A stretch of DNA of 44,310 nucleotides from NCBI GenBank assembly GCA_944371685.1, contig CALVXV010000001.1:1-44310 (forward strand), written 5' to 3'. The notes beneath the pieces are model-generated. The model did no database searches. It had not been told where the DNA came from and worked only from the letters and a program-made list of their open reading frames with translations. The position numbers and the translations under genes were made by a program. The DNA comes from an uncultured Bacilli bacterium (GTDB lineage: Bacteria > Bacillota_I > Bacilli_A > RF39 > UBA660). This document shows positions 26,434-35,376 of this stretch, in pieces (the stretch's first letter is position 1; each line of letters starts with the position of its first letter).

Positions 26434-26544
26434 TTATTTAATTACATTCATATTTTCTAATATTTGTTTTGGTAATCTTACTTTCATATCTTGTTGTATT
26501 ACATAAGTGCCTAAATAAACAAGATCTTTATCAATTTCATTCAT
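26434..26544 (-). CDS. 36-aa AbrB/SpoVT-like mini-ORF (not in ORF track)
   Basis: MNEIDKDLVYLGTYVIQQDMKVRLPKQILENMNVIK*. AGGAG RBS lies 7 nt upstream. The '...(V)RLPKQI.E.(L/M).V' motif is like the first half of a SpoVT/AbrB swapped-hairpin domain. It sits just upstream of the methyltransferase gene on the same strand. Confidence 0.35.
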   Translation of the reverse strand: MNEIDKDLVYLGTYVIQQDMKVRLPKQILENMNVIK

Positions 26545-26675
26545 TATAATTCTCCTAACTTTAGGCTAAATATAGTCTATATATAAATAATTATATCATA
26601 CAGACAAAATAAAAGGTTCTATAATAAATAGTGTCAGTGATTTTTGACTCACCAACACTATTTGACATTGAACCA

Positions 26676-27218
26676 TTATAATTGACTAAATATATACATA
26701 AACATACCAAAACCCATAGATGCGGTAATGAAGCATAAAACTACACAATCTAAAAATGTTCTAGTCATATTTCCGTTAGAGAAAGCAATACCTTGTTTAG
26801 TAGCTTTAGTTAGTGTTTTTCCTTTATGTTGACTTTCACCAGCTGTTTTTTCTTCTTCGTTAGGTTCATCATATATTTCGTGAAGTTCTTCAAGTAATTT
26901 TTTTACTTCAGGTAAATTGACACTATTGATTTCCATTGTTTTACTTAATGGATCATCTTCGTCATCTTCTGAAAATGTCTTAGGCTCATTATAAAATGAA
27001 CTATCATGATTTTTTGAGGAACTATTAAAATTGAAATTAGCTTGATGATCTAAACTAAATTCTTCTAGTGTATCATCTTTATAATTTGCTTCATCAAAAA
27101 GTCTATTAAGGGCTTCAATATTTTGATTTGTTTTAATTTCAGGATTTGATTCAGTCAAATAATCATGTTTATATGAAGACTGCATTTTATTTATATCATA
27201 TGGGAATTTGTCGTTCAT
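26676..27218 (-). CDS. Acidic hypothetical protein with C-terminal TM anchor
   Basis: 180 aa with a good RBS (AGGAGG). It is Asp/Glu/Asn/Ser-rich with one hydrophobic helix at the extreme C-terminus (FLDCVVLCFITASMGFGMFMYIF). No family recognised. Confidence 0.6.
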   Translation of the reverse strand: MNDKFPYDINKMQSSYKHDYLTESNPEIKTNQNIEALNRLFDEANYKDDTLEEFSLDHQANFNFNSSSKNHDSSFYNEPKTFSEDDEDDPLSKTMEINSVNLPEVKKLLEELHEIYDEPNEEEKTAGESQHKGKTLTKATKQGIAFSNGNMTRTFLDCVVLCFITASMGFGMFMYIFSQL

Positions 27219-27369
27219 TTTTATAGCCTCCTATTAAGTTAAGTATACTACAAATAAGAAGCATTTTCAATCATTTTTCTTTTAGTTGACAAAAACCTAA
27301 CTACTTTTGATAATTTAGTACTTGACAATGCAAGGTAGTTAGAATATAATGTCAGTAAAGAGGTGATTT

Positions 27370-27693
27370 ATGAATTCACAATTTAAAAAAGGTGTTTTAG
27401 AATTAATTGTTTTAGTTTCTGTTAATAAAAGGGATATGTATGGATATGAATTAGTGCTTGAAGTATCAAAAGTTGTCGATGTAAATGAGGGAACTATTTA
27501 TCCATTATTAAAAAGATTAACTAACGAAAATTATTTTGAAACCTATTTACAAGAATCTACCGAAGGTCCATCTCGCAAGTATTATAAAATTACTGTTTTG
27601 GGCCAAAAAAGATTAAAAGAATTGAAAGAAGGGTGGAAAGAATTTAGCGATTCTGTAAATAATTTTATTAAGGAGAGTGATAAAAATGAATAA
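27370..27693 (+). CDS. PadR-family transcriptional regulator
   Basis: 107 aa with LELIVL......MYGYEL........V.EGTIYPLLKRL..E.Y.......E.GP.RKYY.IT..G, the canonical PadR winged helix. Confidence 0.85.
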   Translation: MNSQFKKGVLELIVLVSVNKRDMYGYELVLEVSKVVDVNEGTIYPLLKRLTNENYFETYLQESTEGPSRKYYKITVLGQKRLKELKEGWKEFSDSVNNFIKESDKNE

Positions 27694-29116
27694 AGAGGAG
27701 TTTTTGCAAGCCTTAGAAAAGGAATTATCTATTTTAAATGATAAAGAACGTGAAGATATTATTGATGAATATAAGGATACTATTGAAGAAAAGGTGAAAC
27801 ATGGTCAAAGTGAAGAAGATGCCGTTCGAGATTTCGGCAAGATTGATGAATTAGTTAGTGAAATATTAGATGCTTATAAAATTAATCCCGAATATAATCA
27901 AAAAGATAGTAGTTTTGACAAAATTGCTCAAAAAGGAGAGAGTCTTATCAAAAAAGGGGCCGGAAAATTAGCAGATATGACTAGAGATTTTGTCAATAAC
28001 ATTAAAGATAATGATACTGAAATGAATTTAAATTTAGCTTTTGAAATAATAATTAAAATTTTCTTTACGCTTATTATATTATCTATTTTAACAGTTCCGT
28101 TTAGAATCTTTAAGGATTTAGGTTTTTCGTTTGCTGATACTTTTTTCTCACCATTAAGTGGGTTATTTAAAATAATTATATTGTTATTATTTATTGCTCT
28201 TTACTTTGGAGTTGCACTCATCATAATTATATCTTTATTTAAACAATATTTTAAAAAAGCAAAGATGAATCAAGATGAAAAAGAGGTAGTTAAAGAAGAT
28301 GTTCAAAAAACTAAAGAGGAGTTAAAAGAAGAAAAACCAGTTAAAATTATTCATAGAAATGGCCCAACAGTTGGCTCTGTGTTATTACTAATTGTTAAAA
28401 TATGGGTTGCTTTAATTGTTTTATTACCACTATTTTTTATTGATGTTTGTGTTATATTAGGATTATTTATATCAATATTTTATTGGATCAAAGGTATTAA
28501 TCTATTTGGTTTAACCTTACTATTATTAGGAATATCATCATTATTTATTTGGTTTACTATTTTAGTTTATAATTTGACGTTTTCTAAAGGTAAAACTTCT
28601 ATAATTCCATTTTTTATTGGTACAGCTGTTACTGTATTTGGGGCATTATTTTTTATTGATATGGTTAGTAATATTGAATATATTGATGAGGCACCAAAAT
28701 CTTTTAAAACTTCAGTAATTTCCAAGGAATTTACTACTGATAAAGATATTTATATTGATTATTATCTAAATGGAGATATAAATAAACAAGTAGATGAGAC
28801 AATGCCAGATAATACATTTAAGATAAATTTAACTTATGATAAAAATAGTACTAATGTTAATATTTATAATGAATCTAATTATAATTTTCCGCAAAGTGAT
28901 TGTGAAAATAATGCGTCAGAAGATTGTTTAAAAACATATAATTATATTTCTTTGAACTATGATTATATTGATGGGTATAAAAGTGCTAAAGAGAGGTATA
29001 ATGATTTTATTGATAATTTAAAACATAATAAAATATATAATTATTCAAAGTCAAATGAAGTAAATGTGGAAGTAGTAGCAAATTCTAAAACTTTAAATAT
29101 AATTGAAATAGGCTAA
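27686..29116 (+). CDS. DUF1700-like membrane protein (PadR-associated)
   Basis: N-terminal MNKEEFLQALEKELSILNDKEREDIIDEYKDTIEEKV..G.SEEDAV..FG is the DUF1700 signature. Several TM helices and a C-terminal Asn/Tyr-rich extracellular-looking domain follow. It overlaps padR by 8 nt (ATG 27686; the track GTG is at 27677). Confidence 0.7.
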   Translation: MNKEEFLQALEKELSILNDKEREDIIDEYKDTIEEKVKHGQSEEDAVRDFGKIDELVSEILDAYKINPEYNQKDSSFDKIAQKGESLIKKGAGKLADMTRDFVNNIKDNDTEMNLNLAFEIIIKIFFTLIILSILTVPFRIFKDLGFSFADTFFSPLSGLFKIIILLLFIALYFGVALIIIISLFKQYFKKAKMNQDEKEVVKEDVQKTKEELKEEKPVKIIHRNGPTVGSVLLLIVKIWVALIVLLPLFFIDVCVILGLFISIFYWIKGINLFGLTLLLLGISSLFIWFTILVYNLTFSKGKTSIIPFFIGTAVTVFGALFFIDMVSNIEYIDEAPKSFKTSVISKEFTTDKDIYIDYYLNGDINKQVDETMPDNTFKINLTYDKNSTNVNIYNESNYNFPQSDCENNASEDCLKTYNYISLNYDYIDGYKSAKERYNDFIDNLKHNKIYNYSKSNEVNVEVVANSKTLNIIEIG

Positions 29117-29138
29117 GAGCAAAACGCTCTTTTTTTTC
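29116..29138 (+). terminator. Rho-independent terminator
   Basis: AGAGC (29116-29120) pairs with GCTCT (29126-29130) and is followed by T8. The stem is short. Confidence 0.5.
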
Positions 29139-29183
29139 TTTTCAAATTTTGTTATAATGTGTATAGTAAAGAAGGGGATAGAC

Positions 29184-29693
29184 ATGACAGATGAAAACAT
29201 TTTAAATTTAAAAATCAAATTAGAATTACAAAATCCAGTATATGATATAGTGGATGAGGCTATAGAGTATACAATGAAAAAACAAAATTTTAAAAAATAT
29301 GATTTAGTTAAGTTAGTTATGATGATATATAAAAAAGATTATTCATGTTTTAGTAATACTAATGATTACCGCGATCAAGTAAAATTGTTAGATGAATATT
29401 TTGAAAAAGAATATGGACATAGTATTATTACCTTTATGATGATCAAGGCTGTTTTAGCTTATAAAGGTACTGATGTTTATGATACTATAACTTCTGATAT
29501 AGCGGTGCTTGAGACTGTTTTGAGAACTAAGAAGAATATTCAAGCAGAAGATTTGTGTATTTTTTCTTATCCTATCGAAAATGAAAAATATAATGATTTA
29601 ATGATGAATATAGAAGCTAATTCTAATTTTAAATATGCAATGGCTATAACTTATGATCAAATTAAAAATTCTAATAAAATTACTCAAAATTGA
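29184..29693 (+). CDS. Hypothetical protein
   Basis: 169 aa from ATG 29184 (RBS GAAGGGGA). The track start 29157 lies within the likely promoter region. No motif recognised. Confidence 0.55.
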   Translation: MTDENILNLKIKLELQNPVYDIVDEAIEYTMKKQNFKKYDLVKLVMMIYKKDYSCFSNTNDYRDQVKLLDEYFEKEYGHSIITFMMIKAVLAYKGTDVYDTITSDIAVLETVLRTKKNIQAEDLCIFSYPIENEKYNDLMMNIEANSNFKYAMAITYDQIKNSNKITQN

Positions 29694-29750
29694 CAATTTA
29701 ACAATATAGATATATAATAATGCGTAAATTTTTACGCAAAGGGTGATTTT

Positions 29751-30410
29751 ATGGAAAATTCTTATTATAATGTGATTGAAACATTATTGTTAATTTTATC
29801 AGCCGATGAAGGAAAACTAAAAATATATCTTGAAAAGAAAAAAGAAGAACCTTACAAAGGCTATTGGATTCTTCCTGGAAGTATTTTAAATAATCAAACA
29901 ATTTTAGAAGATAATGCTAAAAATATTTATCAAAAAACTACGGGCTTAGATGAAGGTTGTATCTTTCAAACTAAGGCTTTTAGTGATTTAAAACGTGATT
30001 TAAATGAAAGAGTTATTGCGGTGTCATTTGTAGCTATAACTGATAAAACTTTAACAGATATTAAACAAAGTACTAATGAAAAAGCTTGGTTTCAAATTGA
30101 TGAATTACCAAAATTAGGGTTTGATCATGAACAGATTATTAATGAGGTTATCAGTGAGTTAAGGAAAAAAATAACCACTAACTATGATGATATGTTGATT
30201 AAATTTTTCCCTAGTGATTTTACACTTCCTGAACTTCAAAATTTCTACGAATTTGTTTTATCTAAACCGATTGACCGAAGAAATTTCCATAAAAAGTTTG
30301 TCAATCAAGATTTAGTCATTGATACTGGTTTTAAAACAGCAAAAGGTAGTGGTAGACCAGGTACCTTATATAGATTTAATATTGATAAAATGAAAGGTAA
30401 AAGACTATGA
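29751..30410 (+). CDS. NrtR-like protein: Nudix-fold domain with degenerate Nudix box fused to C-terminal winged helix
   Basis: 219 aa. GYWILPGSIL......LEDNAKNIYQKTTGL occupies the Nudix box position, but the REx2EE glutamates are replaced (KNIYQK). The C-terminal ...LQNFYE.VL.K..DRRNF.KK........DTG......GSGRPGTLYRF is typical of NrtR-type wHTH. Confidence 0.6.
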   Translation: MENSYYNVIETLLLILSADEGKLKIYLEKKKEEPYKGYWILPGSILNNQTILEDNAKNIYQKTTGLDEGCIFQTKAFSDLKRDLNERVIAVSFVAITDKTLTDIKQSTNEKAWFQIDELPKLGFDHEQIINEVISELRKKITTNYDDMLIKFFPSDFTLPELQNFYEFVLSKPIDRRNFHKKFVNQDLVIDTGFKTAKGSGRPGTLYRFNIDKMKGKRL

Positions 30411-30841
30411 ATCAAAAGGGTTTTGGATTAAAAGAGTTTGTCATTATTATTGCCATTATCTTTGTATGTGCAATTATTATCATGTCGTTATACCGAAGTA
30501 TTATTCCAAATGCAACAACCTCGTCAGTAACGGGAACTAAAAAATTAACCTATAAGGATTTAGAGGATAGATTAGAGCTAGCTGCCGAAAGATATCAAAA
30601 TGATAACTATTCTGGTAATGCTAGTGACACTGAAGTTTGGGAATTAAGTTATTCTATGCTTAGAAAAGAAAAATATTTAGATAAGTTAATAGATCCTAAT
30701 GATGAGGATACCGAGTGTACGGGTTATGTTGAATTTATTCAAGATGAAGCAAAAGTCATGTATAAACCATTTTTAAAATGTGGATCTAACTATGAAACTA
30801 AAGGGTATGATGGTACTAATAATATAAAAGAGTCAGAATGA
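30407..30841 (+). CDS. Prepilin-type (type IV pilin/pseudopilin-like) protein
   Basis: 144 aa. The N-terminus MNQKG/FGLKEFVIIIAIIFVCAIIIM has Gly at -1, Phe at +1, Glu at +5 and a hydrophobic helix, which is a class III signal peptide pattern. The start overlaps the NrtR-like gene by 4 nt (ATGA). Confidence 0.55.
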   Translation: MNQKGFGLKEFVIIIAIIFVCAIIIMSLYRSIIPNATTSSVTGTKKLTYKDLEDRLELAAERYQNDNYSGNASDTEVWELSYSMLRKEKYLDKLIDPNDEDTECTGYVEFIQDEAKVMYKPFLKCGSNYETKGYDGTNNIKESE

Positions 30842-30852
30842 ACTGACTCTTT

Positions 30853-32583
30853 TTAATAGAAATTAACATATTTATGTAGTTTATAAATTGTACCATTGAT
30901 TCTAAGGTATATATAATATTTTCCTTTAATTCCATCTTCACTTATATAGCGAGAAGTGGTGATTTTTTTCTTAGAATCGGTAGGAGTTAATAAATTATAA
31001 GTTTTCTTATCTAAGACATTATCTAAAATAATTTGCACATCATCATTTTCTTTAAATGTACCTTTAACTTTTAAACCATATACATCTTTATAAAGTGAAA
31101 TATTATATTTCTTTAAAATATTATCGTCATTTTTAGCACTTAAAAGTAAATAATTATTAGTGGTTTCAGATTCACCTAAACTACCAAGTCTGACACCATA
31201 AACTCCAGTATACACATCATTGGCATATAGACTCATTTTTTTGGTGTTATATAAAGTTGAATTTACATTCATTTTAATGACACTTGTGTTATCTTTAATT
31301 TCCATAAGAGTATGACCTTGGGTAATTACAAAATCGTTATCACCTAAAATTTCTAAATAAGTTTCTTCGTTAGTTGGTAATTCGAAATTATCAAGCTCTT
31401 TAACAGTTCTATTTGAATAATCTATTTGGTATGTTAGTAAATGTTTTTTACCATCTATTTCGCTAGCAAAAATCATTTTATTATCGCTAAGTAAATTAAC
31501 TGATTCTGGTTTGTTAGGATAATTAAAGTCGCCATCGGTTTTAAGTAAATATGGTTTATAATCATTACTAACTTTGTTTTTATCGGCAATAATCCAGTTA
31601 ATATCTAAAGTCGTATAATCCAAATTTACAATCATATTACCATTATATCCTGATATTGTAATTGAATTAGTATTGATATCATAATTGATTGAATTCATAC
31701 CAAACCAATTATTTTTCTTTTTACCAGGTAAAATTTTATATAAATCAATTTCTTTAACAATGTTGCCACTAGCTCTATCAATTTCAACAGCTATATCTTC
31801 TGATGTTGATCGGCCATAACGATTAGAAGCTAAAAGTAAATTACCATTATTTAATTCATAAACATCATGGTGATAACCACCTGGAACGGTGTATTCATAA
31901 TAAACTTTACCAAGTAAATCCATTTCAATTAAACCAATACTGTAATTTTTTCTAAGAGTTTTATCACTACTAAGTAAGATATGACCATTATTTAGTCTTT
32001 GAATGTCCCATTTATAATCGCCAATTAAATACCATCTAACTTCACCGTTTTCATCATAAGCAGCCGTATAACCAATTTCTTCTGGAGTTGTAAAATAAAA
32101 CTCATCAGTATCAAAATTTTTATTAGATAAATCGGTTACTTTGGAAAAATCATCGGGTAGAGCAGAGGTTGTAATTGTAAGTTCTTTAACTGTACCACTG
32201 GCTTCGACAATAACTTTGTTATCATATCCAGCATATAGTCCATAGATTGGTAAAATGTGAACTTTAGCTGGCGTAAATGTATGTTTTAAGTCTTTGGCTC
32301 CATCTTTACCTTTAATTGTTATTGTTGTGGTTGTTAAGTCTTTAGTTTGAAAAACAATTAAAGCTGAAAGTGGGGAGTTACCATAAGGATTTAAAATGAC
32401 ATTAGGATTATCAATGGTGTAATTTGTATTGCTTAAATATTGTTTTTCACTTTGATTTTGAAGATAAAATATATCACTTTCAGTATCAATTGGGATGTTA
32501 TCCATAACATAATTATAAATAAATATTGAAGCTGCAAAAGTGACAACAACTAGTATAATGTATTTTGCAATTATTTTTTTCAT
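30853..32583 (-). CDS. Arylsulfotransferase (ASST)-family beta-propeller protein, N-terminally anchored
   Basis: 576 aa with an N-terminal TM helix. Repeated ...NGH/NGN-LLLS/AS... blades and GGYHHDVYELNNGNLLLAS are reminiscent of the ASST family. Assignment is by eye. Confidence 0.5.
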   Translation of the reverse strand: MKKIIAKYIILVVVTFAASIFIYNYVMDNIPIDTESDIFYLQNQSEKQYLSNTNYTIDNPNVILNPYGNSPLSALIVFQTKDLTTTTITIKGKDGAKDLKHTFTPAKVHILPIYGLYAGYDNKVIVEASGTVKELTITTSALPDDFSKVTDLSNKNFDTDEFYFTTPEEIGYTAAYDENGEVRWYLIGDYKWDIQRLNNGHILLSSDKTLRKNYSIGLIEMDLLGKVYYEYTVPGGYHHDVYELNNGNLLLASNRYGRSTSEDIAVEIDRASGNIVKEIDLYKILPGKKKNNWFGMNSINYDINTNSITISGYNGNMIVNLDYTTLDINWIIADKNKVSNDYKPYLLKTDGDFNYPNKPESVNLLSDNKMIFASEIDGKKHLLTYQIDYSNRTVKELDNFELPTNEETYLEILGDNDFVITQGHTLMEIKDNTSVIKMNVNSTLYNTKKMSLYANDVYTGVYGVRLGSLGESETTNNYLLLSAKNDDNILKKYNISLYKDVYGLKVKGTFKENDDVQIILDNVLDKKTYNLLTPTDSKKKITTSRYISEDGIKGKYYIYLRINGTIYKLHKYVNFY

Positions 32584-32593
32584 TGTTTTCCTC

Positions 32594-33142
32594 CTAAATT
32601 AGTCTAATTTCATTTTCGTTATAAAATGGTTTTTTTTTGTCAATTCTATCAAAGAATAAGATTCCATCTAAATGGTCAACTTCGTGCTGGAAAGCAACAG
32701 ATAAATCTTCTCTAGCTCTAATGGTAATTTTTTCACCATCTGGATCGTAACCAGTAATTGTTATTCTAGCATATCTAGGGACATGACCTTCAACTTCACG
32801 GTTTACACTCAAACATCCTTCACCGGTTTCCAAAGCAATTTTTTCTTCTGAGTGACTGATTATTTTCGGATTTACAATTACATAATTTTGGAATTTTCCA
32901 TCTTCATATTCATATACGATAACAATAATTCTTTTTAGCTGTCCAAGTTGTGGGAACGCAAGCCCCATTCCTGGCCTTAAATCATATTTTTCGGCATATT
33001 TTTCTATTTGACTATATGTTAGATGTTTAATAATTTGATCAATTGTTTTTTTGTCCTCTTTTGATAGTGGAAGCTTTACTTCTTTACTTTTTTGCCTTAA
33101 AATTTTGTGTTTTTCATCTAAAATATTTAAAGGTTTAAACAT
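32594..33142 (-). CDS. def: Peptide deformylase
   Basis: 182 aa with motif 1 GMGLAFPQLG, motif 2 EGCLSV and motif 3 HEVDHLDG. Confidence 0.9.
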   Translation of the reverse strand: MFKPLNILDEKHKILRQKSKEVKLPLSKEDKKTIDQIIKHLTYSQIEKYAEKYDLRPGMGLAFPQLGQLKRIIVIVYEYEDGKFQNYVIVNPKIISHSEEKIALETGEGCLSVNREVEGHVPRYARITITGYDPDGEKITIRAREDLSVAFQHEVDHLDGILFFDRIDKKKPFYNENEIRLI

Positions 33143-33289
33143 AATCCACCTCCATATATCTATTTTATCATATTTAAACTTAAATAATTAAAGTTTTTGC
33201 TTTAATTTACATCTTAAAAGCAAAGAGTATTATAAACTTATAATGGTAAAATGTCAAAATAAAAAAGCCTATAAATGAGGCATATAAAT

Positions 33290-33565
33290 TTAATTTTTAG
33301 ATTTGTATAGATCAACTCGTTTAGGTAATTTTTTGGCTAGACTAGCTGTTGTTTCGTCAAATAATAAATTAACTTTGATTCCAAACGTTTTAGCTATATT
33401 ATCAATGTTTTTACAAGTTAAATTTGCATCGCCATTTTCAATAGTACTAATATATGCCATTTTAAATTTTGTTTTATTGGCAAATTGTTCTTGGGTAAGG
33501 TTGTTTTGATATCTATACCATTTTGTATTTAAACCAACTAATTCCATTGCTTTCATATAAATCAC
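33290..33565 (-). CDS. XRE-family HTH transcriptional regulator
   Basis: About 88-91 aa with the HTH_3 motif NLTQEQFANKTKFKMAYISTIENGD.N. It is divergent from the decayed secreted-protein gene. Confidence 0.75.
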   Translation of the reverse strand: MIYMKAMELVGLNTKWYRYQNNLTQEQFANKTKFKMAYISTIENGDANLTCKNIDNIAKTFGIKVNLLFDETTASLAKKLPKRVDLYKSKN

Positions 33566-33721
33566 TCTACCTTTACAAAATATTAAGACAAAACTTAATT
33601 ATATATAAATTATAAATTTAAAGTGTAAACAACTTAATACCACTAAATATTATTAAGGTATATCTTAATAAGACTCTAAAAATATGTTATACTTCAAATA
33701 TAAAGTAAAGGAGAAGTATTT

Positions 33722-34607
33722 ATGAAAAAAATTAAAGAAGTTTCAAAAAGATATTTAATAGGATTTGTAATAGGCATAGTAGTTTGGGGTGGAATGAGTG
33801 CAATAGCTATGACTTATTTCCCATCAAACCAAACAACTTGTGATAATAGTGTAAGTGGACTTAAAAGTAAGGATGTGCAGGGAGCCATAGATGAGCTTTA
33901 TAAAACTTGCACAGCAAAGACAGTAAATATTGGCGGTATTGAAGTACCTTTAGAAGATGATGGAGATGGTTTATGTGAAGATGAGAAGGTGTAAGAACAA
34001 CTGGATATTGTTCACAAGGTAGTGCTCCATTATATGGGTGCGACGCATGGAGTTCAACGACAAATATGGTAGGAAATCCCATTGAATTTTCAAATGGTAT
34101 ATGTGCTGCTATTGTTGAAGATGATAGTGAAATATTAAAATATTTAAATTCAAAATTTTTGAATAGTATAAGTGAAAATAAAGATAAAATAATAAATCAT
34201 ATTTGGAATATTGGCGGGGTTGTACAATTGGAAGATAGTATCAAGTACAATTAGAAGATGAGAAGGAATATCAGTGGAGTGGGAAGGTTGGACTTATAAG
34301 TATTAGTGATTATCTTAAAGCAAATGGTCAACAAGATGCTTGTGGAACTTATTTGAAATATAGTAGTATTGTTGAAGGATTGTGTTCAAATTTTGTTTGG
34401 ATGTATTTACAAAACAGCAATTGGTGGACAATATCTCATATTAAAAATAGTGAGGTACTTCCTCAGGGTGTATATTTTATTTCAAAAGTTATAGGAGTTA
34501 ATAATGCAAATGTAATTCATGATGTCCGTCCTGCCTTATATTTATCCTCTGAGATCCAAATTACTGGAGGAGATGGCAGCCAAAATAATCCATATACGAT
34601 TGAATAA
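33722..34607 (+). pseudogene. Frameshifted paralogue of 20036..20950 (secreted VQGAIDELY-motif protein)
   Basis: Homology to the intact copy is spread over three frames. Frame A (33722-33994) has the signal plus YFPSNQTTCDN.VSGLKSKDVQGAIDELYKTC..GDGL. Frame B runs to 34254. Frame C (about 34244-34607) has GLISISDYLKANG, NWWTIS, VRPALYLSS and GGDGSQNNPYTIE. Confidence 0.75.
34222..34259 (+). repeat. Tandem near-duplicate (period 23 nt) at the second frameshift of the pseudogene
   Basis: GTACAATTGGAAGAT (34222-34236) and GTACAATTAGAAGAT (34245-34259) match at 14/15 positions and are offset by 23 nt (not a multiple of 3). They sit exactly where the reading frame switches. Confidence 0.7.
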
Positions 34608-34750
34608 AATTAAAGATTTTATTAAAATTTAATGGTTTTTAGAATGCTGTAATTATTATTTAGAGGTATCAAATAATTTTGATATCTTTTAATTTAATAT
34701 TTATATATAAAAAAATTATATAGCTATGATTTTTCATTATAAGTATAGGG

Positions 34751-34779
34751 TTTAAAAAACTAAGATAGTAATGTATAAT
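34751..34779 (+). promoter_or_regulatory. Candidate promoter of the CYTH-rSAM-LysR operon
   Basis: TTTAAA (34751-34756), 17-nt spacer, TATAAT (34774-34779). GGAGG RBS at 34791-34795 precedes ATG 34801. Confidence 0.4.
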
Positions 34780-34800
34780 ATAGTAGAAATGGAGGCTTTT

Positions 34801-35376
34801 ATGGGAAAAGAAAAAGAAGTAACGATTTTGGATATTAATGAAGAAGAATTTGTTAATAAGTTATTAAAAAATGGTGCTGTCAAACAAGATGAATTTTTAC
34901 AAAGAAGATATACTTATGATTTTAATCCAGTTAAAAAAAACAAGTGGATTAGATTAAGAACTAATGGGAAAAAGACAACTTTAACAATTAAAGAGATAAA
35001 GGATAAATCAGCCATAGATGGAACAATGGAACTGGAGACAGTTGTTGATGATTTTGATGTAATGAATGATATTTTAAATGAATTAGGCTATCATTATCGT
35101 AATTATCAAGAAAATTACCGAAAAATTTATTTGATGGATAATGTAGAAATTTCTATTGATTCATGGCCATTAATACCAACTTATGCGGAAGTGGAAGGTA
35201 AGAGTAATGAAGATGTTATAAAGGCTTTAAATAAATTAGGATACACTTTAAATGATGTAACTACTTTAGATGTAACCTCTATTTATAATGAAATATATAA
35301 TATTGATTTACTAAAAATAAAAGAATTAAAGTTTGAAGGGAGTAATCATGAAAGTATGCTGGAGTATAACAAGTAA
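34801..35376 (+). CDS. CYTH-domain (triphosphate tunnel metalloenzyme / CyaB-like) protein
   Basis: 191 aa from ATG 34801; the track start 34771 falls in the -10 box. Fold landmarks by eye: N-terminal EKEVT (ExExK position), WIRLRT, TLTIKE, MELETVVDD, LNELGY.......Y.K.Y, VEISIDSWP.IPTYAEVEG. Confidence 0.6.
   Translation: MGKEKEVTILDINEEEFVNKLLKNGAVKQDEFLQRRYTYDFNPVKKNKWIRLRTNGKKTTLTIKEIKDKSAIDGTMELETVVDDFDVMNDILNELGYHYRNYQENYRKIYLMDNVEISIDSWPLIPTYAEVEGKSNEDVIKALNKLGYTLNDVTTLDVTSIYNEIYNIDLLKIKELKFEGSNHESMLEYNK

Noticed and set aside
26627-26662. Inverted repeat AATAGTGT...ACACTATT downstream of the 26676-27218 gene, considered as a possible transposon end or att site.
   Set aside because: It is a single 8-bp stem with a 20-nt loop, and no matching second copy was found elsewhere in the window. 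It is most simply a weak terminator for the minus-strand gene.
505-35347. N-terminal extensions in the ORF track that use TTG/GTG or early ATG starts: 505, 22442, 27677, 29157, 34771 and 35333.
   Set aside because: In each case a downstream in-frame ATG has a properly spaced Shine-Dalgarno sequence (514, 22460, 27686, 29184, 34801, 35348). The extended start falls inside the RBS, the promoter or the preceding gene. The shorter coordinates were preferred but remain unverified.
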